A DNA stretch of 64,000 bases from Glycera tridactyla. Taxonomy: Eukaryota. A program made the position numbers and the translations under genes. Shown here piece by piece: positions 58,701-64,000 of the stretch; within the stretch, counting starts at the first letter, position 1, and every line of letters begins with the position of its first letter. Where the stretch lies: contig OZ286473.1 of assembly GCA_965644265.1 (NCBI GenBank), forward strand, positions 86,180,001 to 86,244,000, read 5' to 3'. The notes beneath the pieces were generated by a model. The model saw nothing but the letters and a program-made list of their open reading frames with translations. It did no database searches and was not told the DNA's origin.

Positions 58701-61700
58701 AAAATGGTGGTGTTGAGTCTACGAAGGTGACCTCTGATGCTGCAGCTAAGACAGGTCAGCAGAAGGAGTCAGAGACACCTGGTGATGGAGAGGAGATCGA
58801 TCAGGACTTGAACGAGCCGTCTTCACCCTCGGATGATGAGGATAACGGGGAGGACGAGGAAATGGAGTCATCTCGGAGCCAGTTAATGATTGATCTAGAC
58901 CAGTCAAATGCTTCTGAAGATTCAACCAAGGACAGACCGGTATCCAAGGTGACCTCTGCTAGCGACGCTGTACCCAAGGTGACCTCCGTCAGTGAGACAC
59001 CGACCTCAGATGTGACCTTAGCAAGTGAGGATTCTTCTTCCCCTGTACCCACGGGTGATGTTGTTGCCATGGAAACTGCTGAACCTGGGGTGGTGACATC
59101 GGCATCTGATAAATCAATAGTAGACGAGACCCCTTCAGAGGTAACTACGTCCGCGAGTAAAAAGCGTCCGGCTGAAGAAGATGATGATGATGAGGAGGAG
59201 GATGCCGCTCCGTCCAAACGACAGAAAAGTGATGACAAGTCACCGGCAGATTCAGATGTTGTCGAACTAGAGGAGGACTCGTCAGAATTACCCGATACTG
59301 GATCGTCACCTCCTGCCTCACCTACGAGAGACATCGCAGATGTAGAAGATGCAGTTGACAAAGAACTCGATGTTCCTGAGCCCACATCTGCCTCGGCCAC
59401 ACTACCTTCAACATCAACAGAATCATCGAGTAAGGAAGCGGGAAGTGCCGAGGCGTCATCCGACGTTGTCGAGCCATCAGCTAATGTTGTCGAGGCGGAT
59501 GTCGCCGGTATGTCATCAGAAGCATATATTGACAATCTGATGTACAGCGGGGGAAACCCACGTATCCAGTTTGACCGCAAAAGCTTCGATATTAACAGAT
59601 ACATGGACAAGGTAAGTGGTCATGGGCATTGCCCAATGATATATTCATAGCGTAGGTTTTGAAGTAGCAAATACTCTTTTTAAATTAAAATTTCTCGCAT
59701 ATTAGAAATGATGCTAATTTGTAAAACCTCACCTATCCATTCTATGAACTTCCTTGACAAGTACCTGATCTGCTTTTATTTGACCCATGTTGTAAAGATT
59801 GTCGTTTGACGCCAGACTCAATGAAGGCTTATCTCTTTACTACAGGCCGTGTCAGCCCTGAAAGGTGTGTTTGAAGAGATGTGCAAGGATATCATGGAAG
59901 GGGAAACAGGTCAAGTGAGTATATAACTAGCAAAGTCAACACTCAGGGATATTCCTGGGGCGAGATTTGGGGAGATTCTCTCATCGAATTCTCAAATGTC
60001 TCATTTGTCTCCAGGTGTATTGGGACAAATTGTCTCCCATTGGCTCTGTTCCGATGTTCAACTGATGCCAGAATATCATCTCCTTCAAGCTACTTCAGAG
60101 TGTACTTCAAATTCAAAAGAACTGAGACTTATACTACATGTATTGTCTGTTCACTGTAAGAAACCTCAATCTTGGGCCTACTTTCACTGAGCAGAGTCAG
60201 CGAACTATAGTACAAAACATGCAGCATTTTATTTCATATCTGATGTGTGAGATATTGTCTCATCAAGCTCAGAATTGTCCCATCGGTTTGACATAGTGTC
60301 ACTATCATCAACTTTGTGCCATCAGAAACGGGAATTGACTCAGCAAATCATTAGAGTAAATTGGATTTTTCTTTAGCATTTGACTTCACAGATTAGCTAT
60401 AGCTAAAACACTCATCTAATAAATCTATAGAGGGAAACCTGTGTCTACATACGTATCAGCAGAAAAAATTGACTTTTTAATGACCAATAGGAATACTTTG
60501 GAAATTTTGGAAACTATTCAAGACACTACTTTTGGTACTACCCCCCCCCCCCCCACTCTCACATGACACCTATCAGTCATGTTTCTTCTTCCAACGGTCT
60601 TCCAACGGTCATACTTAAAATCCTGTAATTACATGTATATGACACAAGCTATGTACGATGAAAGAAAATGAAAGATTCATGCAAGAACTTTCTAACATGC
60701 AACCCTTCAAAAACTGCCAAAAACAAGATGTATAGTATTGTTCAATTACATGTGTACTATTTTTTCCATATGTATATAATGAACATGTATGTTATTTTCA
60801 CTGATAATCTGCCAATAGATTGGTAAAGTATGTGTTTTCAAACACTGGAGTTACCAGTGCCTATTCGTGAGCATGCTAGTGTTCTTTGTGCCACGGACAT
60901 ACCTAGTGATCAGTACTTGTGCCGATGTATGCCTGTGACAATTTTAAATAAAAGTATCTCAATCTCAATCTCAATTCTCATTCTCAATCTCAGTCTATCT
61001 ATCTCTATCGTTTCGGTTGCAGATGATCAATCAGCAGTGGCGGCGGCAGATGGAGCAGATACGATGGCTGCATAAACAAGAACTTGCCGAACTCAAGCGA
61101 AATGCAGGTCAGTTGTGACTAGTGCTGCGACAATTACCCGATTATATCGATTATTGCATCGTTGAGAGGTCCGATTCGATTAATCGATCATGTAAATTGA
61201 CAATCGATTAAGTTATTGTCCCTAAATATTGATACAAAGTTATGATTTTGCTGCAAATTTTGAGTGTGTTGAGGTCAGCTTGGGGAGTCTAAGCTCCGAT
61301 TATTTTATCGATAATCGATCGCTCCAGAGTCCGATTAATCGATCATCACTTTAACAACCGAGTCCGAGCACTAGTTGTGACTGGTTACCTCCTTACATAG
61401 CAAGTCACATTGACAGTACAGTGAAACCTGCAAGTGGAGACCGCCCTAAATGTCTCCAAAAAGCAGTCTCTCAAAAGAGGTGGTCTCTTAAAAGAGGTAG
61501 TCTCTCATCAGAGGTATATTTGACTATGACAAATAGAAAAGCTGCCCTGGAAAAGCGGTCTCCTGTCAGAGGTGGTCTCTTGTCAGGGGGGGGGGGGGGG
61601 GGGCGGGGGTAGGTGTCTTTTCGCAGGTTTCACTATCTCCTTACACTCTCATCTGACTGATAGCAAGTCACATTGATAGTAATGCCAATTTTTCAAGAAT

Positions 61701-63915
61701 TTTTGGAATTCCAAACATTTTGTGAAAAATTGCCTGAAATCTTGCTGGACGTTTCAGAATAGAAACTTTTGGTGTATCATGAAAAATTGTTTCATTCTAA
61801 TCACATCAATCTCTTGAAAATTTCAACAACTACTTGAACATGAAATGAGAGAACGCTCACTCCTACACAGACCAGGAGATATAATAATAATGATAATAAT
61901 GATAATTATAGTCATCTATATAGCACTAACATCTATAGCATGTTTGAAGGCACTTCACAAGTGAAAAAAACAGACACGTCTACAAGACTTCACGATATAA
62001 TATGATTATTAGATAAGTACAAGTTCAAATCCACTAGTAATTGGATGATTTCTAAGAATGCAATTTGTGCATTCCAATGACGCATCATAAATTAAACTTT
62101 CACTCCATATTTGTGATTATTTTCTTTTAATAGAGGTGTCATTTCACGAGATGCGAATAAGCTGGACAAATGAAACTCAAAAGCAATTGACTGAACTCCG
62201 CACAAAGATGACGGCAGAGCGGACCAAGGCTGTTGCAGAAACCAAGAAGAAACAATGGGTGAGTATCTGTACCAGCAGCTTCTGCCTGGATGATTGAGTA
62301 TATGACTCAATCTCTAGCCTCCAGCGCTGCAGATCCGACCAGAAATGACTTGAAGAATGATTGAACAGTCAGCTAGAGTGAAACCTGTGATGAAAGACCA
62401 CCCTGGAAGGTCAATAAAGCTAGTCTCACAAGATGGGTGGTGTCATGCCTGAGGTATGTTTGACTATGCCAAAATGCGTTTTGGGTTTTGCTTTTTCGGC
62501 TTTGGGCAAATGGTAGTGAGGTCTAGCAGGATGGTGAAAAGCATTTTGTGCAGAATGTCATGGGGTTTAGATCATGAAAATCGGATTTTAATTAGTGAAG
62601 ATAGAGGACAATATATGCAGATGGTCTGACGCATCTGCCACTGTTATGTTCTTGTGTGGTTCTATCCAATTGTTGGCATGGCGTATGTGCTTAAGACAGG
62701 ATTTCACCTAGCACAGGTTTTCACTCGAGCAGGTTTTACTGTACTATGATTTGTTTCAGTGTGCCACGTGTGGGAAGGAGGCTATGTTTTACTGCTGTTG
62801 GAACACCAGCTACTGTGATTACCCGTGCCAGCAGTCTCACTGGCCGAAACATATGTCTGAATGTACGCAAGGCATGGACAATGGTGCGGAGAACGGAACT
62901 GAAGACACGCCATCAACTCCGTCATCCAGACCTGACTCCAGTCCCAGCTCCTCCTCGCAGGTAATCATTGACAGGGATGTGATTGTTCCACAGATCCGTG
63001 GATTCCTGAGGATTCGTTCACAAATGCAGCAATCTATGCGAATGGCAAACTAGAGCATTGTATACTGATTATTTTGGATTTTAGATCATGAAAATCGGAC
63101 CAGAACTAATGGAGATAGAGCACCGAGATTATATGCAGTTTCTTGGTGAAAGTGGCTCCGGTCAGGTTTTCAGGGTCTTTGATTGTGAGCCAATCACATC
63201 CGTGCGTCCATGTGTTGTGATATAATTTTCGACCATTTGAATTTTAGCTACTCTACATCAACTTTTTTACTCTCCTTCAGGCAGGCAGGTAGAGTGTCAT
63301 TTCTACCTGCCCTCCTGCATATCATCATGGACTAGATAAGGGTTATGTACCTGCCCATTGCGCAGACAAACTGATGAAAGTTACCTGCCCTGACAACAAA
63401 TTTGGGTTATCTCAATTATTTTGCACTGCAATAGCCTCAATTCAGGATATCCCGGGGTCTCTCTTGACTTCTGGATATGAGCTTATTTGAAATTGGATAT
63501 AAATGGTAAATAGCCCATAATTTTGTCTCATGGCACCTGATATTTCCAGTCCATAGGTAACAGGGTTCTTCCAAAGCCCTGCATTCAAATTCAAAATTCA
63601 AATTCAAAACAACTTTATTTAAACTTGTATATACATATACATATGAACATATATACATACAACAGCAATTAGCTCAGGGAGCTTTCTCTCTAGACATCTC
63701 ATTGAAGTCATTGTTCTTGGACTAATTTCTGTTCGCAGATAATTTGCCTATTTATTTTCATATTATGCCAAAATTTTAACGGTTTTTCTTCTTCTTTTCA
63801 ACCCTTTCAGAAGCAGCAGCAGTCGCCAGCGTCATCGCAGTCGGGCAGTACCAATGTGAGTCTGGTTAGCTCTGTCACGGGGACACCCATTGTTCAAGTC
63901 AGCGCTTCAGGATCG
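7993..63915 (+). CDS. ZMYND8: ZMYND8 (RACK7/PRKCBP1)-like chromatin reader; ~26 exons, >2100 aa, 3' end outside the window
   Basis: The spliced translation gives a PHD ([20 protein letters not shown]), a bromodomain ([27 protein letters not shown]), a PWWP ([18 protein letters not shown]) and [38 protein letters not shown] (MYND, ZMYND8-type CDYPC). Exon phases are consistent. Confidence 0.93.
8302..8418 (+). CDS. ZMYND8: ZMYND8 exon ([12 protein letters not shown]...QKAP), phase 1-1
   Basis: tttcttcag| acceptor, CAG|gtatgg donor, open frame. Confidence 0.7.
9265..10093. mobile_element. Tc1/pogo-like MITE (TA TSD) interrupted by a hAT-like element
   Basis: TA|CAGTGAAACCTG...CAGGTTTCACTG|TA. 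The empty site TTATAGATCT is seen in the paralogous Harbinger copy near 52624. Confidence 0.85.
9425..10077. mobile_element. hAT-like non-autonomous element, 6-bp TSD ATCACA
   Basis: CAGGGTTCCCAC...GTGGGAACCCTG with subterminal CCGGGAA/CTGGAAA repeats. Confidence 0.85.
10540..10989. mobile_element. hAT-like non-autonomous element, 5-bp TSD TATAA, inside a Tc1/pogo-like MITE
   Basis: CAGGGTTCGCAC...GTATGAACCATG. Removing it restores CTCTCTATAAAGACCACC. Confidence 0.8.
11459..11636. mobile_element. Tc1/pogo-like MITE
   Basis: TA|CAGTCGAACCTG...CAGGTTCGACTG; same family as 5864-6040. Confidence 0.85.
11995..12210 (+). CDS. ZMYND8: ZMYND8 exon ([12 protein letters not shown]...TPGQT), phase 1-1
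   Basis: attgcag| acceptor, CAG|gtgagg donor, GC-rich open frame. Confidence 0.75.
12271..12644. mobile_element. Degraded Harbinger-like MITE
   Basis: Left AAGCTATTCCGTTTAAA and right TTTAAAATGGAATAGCCC|TTA. Confidence 0.6.
13892..14374 (+). CDS. ZMYND8: ZMYND8 exon, charged low-complexity region, phase 1-1
   Basis: gatcacag| acceptor, AAG|gtctgt donor, in frame with the flanking exons. Confidence 0.75.
16373..16786. mobile_element. hAT-like non-autonomous element, 5-bp TSD GCTCT
   Basis: CAGGGTTCTTAC...GTACAAACCCTG, a perfect TSD, and subterminal CCTTGAA repeats. Confidence 0.8.
16815..16952 (+). CDS. ZMYND8: ZMYND8 exon ([12 protein letters not shown]...GTPWP), phase 1-1
   Basis: ctgctttcag| acceptor, CAG|gtcagt donor. 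Confidence 0.75.
16987..17439. mobile_element. hAT-like non-autonomous element, ~6-bp TSD GACTTG/GACATG
   Basis: CAGGGTTCATAC...GTATGAACCCTG. Confidence 0.75.
18181..18266. repeat. (CT)n microsatellite
   Basis: Direct reading. Confidence 0.95.
18468..18622 (+). CDS. ZMYND8: ZMYND8 exon ([10 protein letters not shown]...SSDGE), phase 1-0
   Basis: tttttgttcacag| acceptor, GAG|gtgggt donor; converts the phase to 0 for the PHD exon. Confidence 0.8.
19064..19278. mobile_element. hAT-like MITE, 5-bp TSD AAATG
   Basis: CAGGGCTCTAC...GTAGAGCCCTG with a perfect TSD. Confidence 0.85.
19672..19833 (+). CDS. ZMYND8: ZMYND8 exon: PHD finger
   Basis: [54 protein letters not shown]; gttgtag| and GAG|gtaggt. 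Confidence 0.95.
20434..20547 (+). CDS. ZMYND8: ZMYND8 exon: PHD-bromodomain linker
   Basis: [38 protein letters not shown]; ttttcag| and |gtaagt. Confidence 0.93.
21189..21281 (+). CDS. ZMYND8: ZMYND8 exon: bromodomain ZA loop
   Basis: [31 protein letters not shown]; gttgcag| and AAG|gtgagt. Confidence 0.95.
21786..21873 (+). CDS. ZMYND8: ZMYND8 exon: bromodomain
   Basis: [29 protein letters not shown]; ttttcag| and |gtgagt. Confidence 0.95.
21881..22056. mobile_element. Tc1/pogo-like MITE inserted at the TA of a splice donor
   Basis: gtgagTA|CAGTAAAACCTG...CAGGTTTTACTG|TA. Confidence 0.85.
22441..22496 (+). CDS. ZMYND8: ZMYND8 exon: bromodomain C-terminal helix
   Basis: [19 protein letters not shown]; cttttcag| and GAG|gtaagt. 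Confidence 0.93.
24639..26075 (+). CDS. DIRS ORF1 (gag-like)
   Basis: First ATG of the long ORF. It has an acidic/disordered N-terminus, a helical core ([27 protein letters not shown]) and a basic RG-rich C-terminus. Confidence 0.8.
   Translation: MAGEDADMPNLEQEVMTTRKRTRSTHSAASLVSTPERSPTKGNVSKTTEIASERSSRSRSHDDSSRSKHGEIVPSHKRSSSVDKSQSMHQDVSHLSKKVDKLVNRFDKVEKQISTLADANLQLSKMQADLIHSQSKAPIQPPLPQQPPPTARPSKRARTVSVSSESSEEDGEISDNDYSDSEPDYDVFDCGENVAPDPAKDDMYNEMLADLSSMFKLQEEKRVDIDKAMLKTLKNMFKKPLADKDVNTILAQYKSPGNCGYMLDIEETNEEVLKNVPYSTRKIDLRLQRVQLYILKGIISQLELLLEARKDRGPIAKKAMVTIKHNLAMSATEYEELSIQRKYLLKPFIDEKYADIVKRSQDYNPIKQQYLFGDKLDDKVSSINAADALAKKLGKKNKKQQGNFQSNTKASTSKPFLGKGRGAPQNSRGGFPKKRGRGKRGQTSRSYNHQYQGQYQQMPPQGQYYQMPPPPPPGPPKA
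25880..28138 (+). pseudogene. DIRS ORF2: RT + RNase H + DNA-methyltransferase-like domain, with a premature TAG at 27551-27553
   Basis: Motifs [34 protein letters not shown]; RH motifs [21 protein letters not shown]; MT motifs [26 protein letters not shown] lies where a Trp is usual. Confidence 0.9.
27760..28941 (+). pseudogene. DIRS ORF3: tyrosine recombinase, with a premature TAG at 28603-28605
   Basis: WSPGTRIQY start, GRRSQ (R), SHSTR (HxxR), [14 protein letters not shown] (W...Y). The frame continues after the stop (YLRRT). Confidence 0.9.
29159..29268. repeat. DIRS internal complementary region (ICR)
   Basis: 29159-29190 is the reverse complement of 24151-24182; 29191-29268 is the reverse complement of ~29368-29444 with 1 mismatch. 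Confidence 0.95.
29715..29975. repeat. (GGT)n/CCATGG low-complexity minisatellite
   Basis: Direct reading; it generates spurious His/Pro/Gly/Val ORFs. Confidence 0.9.
33000..33228 (+). mobile_element. Probable SINE remnant with a conserved central domain and a (TACATT)n tail
   Basis: CACCCAGGTGTGAATGGGTAC at 33061 resembles the conserved body of metazoan superfamily SINEs; tandem tail at 33206-33228. The head is not clearly recognisable. Confidence 0.45.
35071..36422 (-). CDS. Nested gene exon 2: Pro-rich linker (PSAP, PPPY), about 6 NHL repeats, C-terminal CHIL
   Basis: ttttgtag| acceptor, phase 1 ([13 protein letters not shown]). NHL motifs [66 protein letters not shown]. Stop at 35071-35073. 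Confidence 0.92.
37095..37326 (-). CDS. Nested gene exon 1 (coding): C3HC4 RING of TRIM type; whole CDS 527 aa
   Basis: MAEV...[27 protein letters not shown]...FPCPLCR; acceptor at 37337-37338, donor G|gtaagt at 37094, phase matches exon 2. Confidence 0.92.
37418..37593. mobile_element. Tc1/pogo-like MITE
   Basis: TA|CAGTCGAACC...GGTTTGACTG|TA. Confidence 0.85.
41500..41676. mobile_element. Tc1/pogo-like MITE
   Basis: TA|CAGTAAAACCTGTCTTGGGAGACC...CAAGACAGGTTTCACTG|TA. Confidence 0.85.
43330..43410 (+). CDS. ZMYND8: ZMYND8 exon: zinc-binding linker before the PWWP
   Basis: [27 protein letters not shown]; tgtttcag| and |gtgagt. Confidence 0.93.
44262..44321 (+). CDS. ZMYND8: ZMYND8 exon: PWWP N-terminus
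   Basis: [20 protein letters not shown]; tttctcag| and AAG|gtgagt. Confidence 0.95.
44445..44930. repeat. Tandem ~145-bp units (GGCGGCCATCTTGAATTTCAAGGTCA family), also dispersed elsewhere
   Basis: GAATTTCAA units start at 44521, 44666 and 44812. Related pieces lie near 37830-38070 and 49085-49400, and in reverse near 15720-15930 and 21470-21620. Confidence 0.8.
45297..45352 (+). CDS. ZMYND8: ZMYND8 exon: PWWP
   Basis: [19 protein letters not shown]; tgtttcag| and AG|gtgagc. Confidence 0.95.
46085..47702 (+). CDS. ZMYND8: ZMYND8 large exon: PWWP end plus acidic disordered region
   Basis: [16 protein letters not shown]...[14 protein letters not shown] continues in frame into the long Ser/Glu/Thr-rich ORF; CTG|gtgagt donor, phase 0. 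Confidence 0.88.
48382..48562 (+). CDS. ZMYND8: ZMYND8 exon: acidic tract ([11 protein letters not shown]...DTEVK), phase 0-1
   Basis: ttcatccacag| and AAG|gtcagt. Confidence 0.85.
49490..49738 (+). CDS. ZMYND8: ZMYND8 exon: nuclear-receptor-like C4 zinc finger 1 plus the first Cys of finger 2, phase 1-1
   Basis: [51 protein letters not shown]; gattttag| and A|gtgagt; open for 83 codons. Confidence 0.85.
50603..50757 (+). CDS. ZMYND8: ZMYND8 exon: nuclear-receptor-like C4 zinc finger 2, phase 1-0
   Basis: [25 protein letters not shown]...LLNSQ; gtttgtag| and CAG|gtgagt. Needed to go from phase 1 (48562) to phase 0 (57566). Confidence 0.85.
52394..53315. mobile_element. PIF/Harbinger-like non-autonomous element (TAA TSD)
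   Basis: TAA|TGGCTATTCCATTTAAAAGTAGGG...TTTAAATGGAATAGCCC|TAA; contains (CA)n at 52691-52744. Confidence 0.8.
53335..54512. mobile_element. hAT-like non-autonomous element, 6-bp TSD ACATCT
   Basis: CATGCTTTGCAC...GTATGAACCATG, a perfect TSD, and GTGCTTGAA subterminal repeats at both ends. Confidence 0.75.
54723..55127 (+). CDS. pogo/Tigger CENP-B-type double HTH DNA-binding domain; candidate in-frame cassette exon of ZMYND8
   Basis: [20 protein letters not shown]...GIGKTQ (first HTH) and LIWTW...[12 protein letters not shown]...[17 protein letters not shown] (Tc5-type HTH). Flanked by ttggatag|GAA ATG and AGT|gtgagt, both phase 0. No DDE domain follows. Confidence 0.75.
55989..56343. mobile_element. 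Tc1/pogo-like MITE containing a second MITE (56071-56247)
   Basis: Outer TA|CAGTCGAATCTG...CAGGTTCGACTG|TA; inner TA|CAGTGAAACCTG...CAGGTTTCACTG|TA. Confidence 0.85.
56357..56510. mobile_element. Tc1/pogo-like MITE, inverted relative to 56071-56247
   Basis: TA-flanked; the interior is the reverse complement of the inner MITE (AGGATTTTGCTTAGC vs GCTAAGCAAAATCCT). Confidence 0.85.
57566..57752 (+). CDS. ZMYND8: ZMYND8 exon ([11 protein letters not shown]...ETGET), phase 0-1
   Basis: attgttacag| and CAG|gtagga. Confidence 0.8.
58419..59611 (+). CDS. ZMYND8: ZMYND8 large acidic exon ending ...FDINRYMDK, phase 1-0
   Basis: cttttcag| and AAG|gtaagt; long open frame. Confidence 0.88.
59846..59914 (+). 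CDS. ZMYND8: ZMYND8 exon: pre-coiled-coil helix
   Basis: [23 protein letters not shown]; tactacag| and CAA|gtgagt. Confidence 0.88.
61023..61107 (+). CDS. ZMYND8: ZMYND8 exon: coiled coil
   Basis: [28 protein letters not shown]; ggttgcag| and CAG|gtcagt. Confidence 0.92.
61120..61373. mobile_element. Canonical hAT MITE, 8-bp TSD GTTGTGAC
   Basis: TAGTGCT...AGCACTA termini, a perfect 8-bp TSD, and internal CGATTA repeats. Confidence 0.9.
61419..61635. mobile_element. Tc1/pogo-like MITE
   Basis: TA|CAGTGAAACCTG...CAGGTTTCACTA; same subfamily as 9265. Confidence 0.75.
62134..62258 (+). CDS. ZMYND8: ZMYND8 exon: coiled coil leading to the MYND
   Basis: EVSFHEMR...[10 protein letters not shown]; ttttaatag| and TGG|gtgagt. 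Confidence 0.93.
62760..62960 (+). CDS. ZMYND8: ZMYND8 exon: MYND finger
   Basis: [37 protein letters not shown]; tgtttcag| and CAG|gtaatc. Confidence 0.96.
63811..63915 (+). CDS. ZMYND8: ZMYND8 exon: post-MYND Ser/Gln-rich tail (alternative donor possible at 63855)
   Basis: ccctttcag| and TCG|gtaaga; open frame with no stop, so the gene continues past the window. Confidence 0.75.
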
Positions 63916-64000
63916 GTAAGACTTCCAGCACGTCACTCAGTCCTACATAGGCTGAGGAATTGTTTGTTTGACTGTTTTGAGTGTCAGTGAAAACTGAAAA

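Noticed and set aside
58415-59610. Long antisense Ser-rich ORFs opposite the acidic exons (also 14116-14391, 26695-27024, 35539-35868)
   Set aside because: They are shadow frames of real coding sequence on the other strand.

Overview
Animal (invertebrate-like, intron-rich) genomic DNA with six N gaps (10168-10302, 39025-39331, 42028-42173, 47766-47940, 50001-50570, 51422-51583). The window is dominated by a + strand ZMYND8/RACK7-like gene of about 26 exons, from ~7993 to beyond the window end, encoding PHD, bromodomain, PWWP, coiled coil and MYND. I built the model by hand from GT-AG sites; intron phases are consistent throughout. Two unexpected modules lie in its central region. The first is a nuclear-receptor-type two-finger C4 zinc module split over exons 49490-49738 and 50603-50757; the second of these exons is needed to keep the reading frame. 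The second is a pogo/Tigger CENP-B-type double-HTH DNA-binding domain bounded by in-frame phase-0 splice sites (54723-55127), which looks like transposase capture. The 20.8-kb intron 22497-43329 holds an antisense nested gene encoding RING, PSAP/PPxY motifs, NHL repeats and a C-terminal CaaX, with no B-box or coiled coil. It also holds a full-length DIRS tyrosine-recombinase retrotransposon with ITRs, an ICR, an HIV-type UUUUUUA heptamer at the gag/RT overlap and two nonsense mutations, nested inside an 8.9-kb TIR-bounded element. An intact CR1/L2-group LINE ORF2 lies upstream. Introns are full of nested MITEs: Tc1/pogo-like (TA), Harbinger-like (TWA), and hAT-like with 5-, 6- or 8-bp TSDs. 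No tRNA, rRNA or CRISPR features were found. All homology calls come from recalled family motifs, not database searches.
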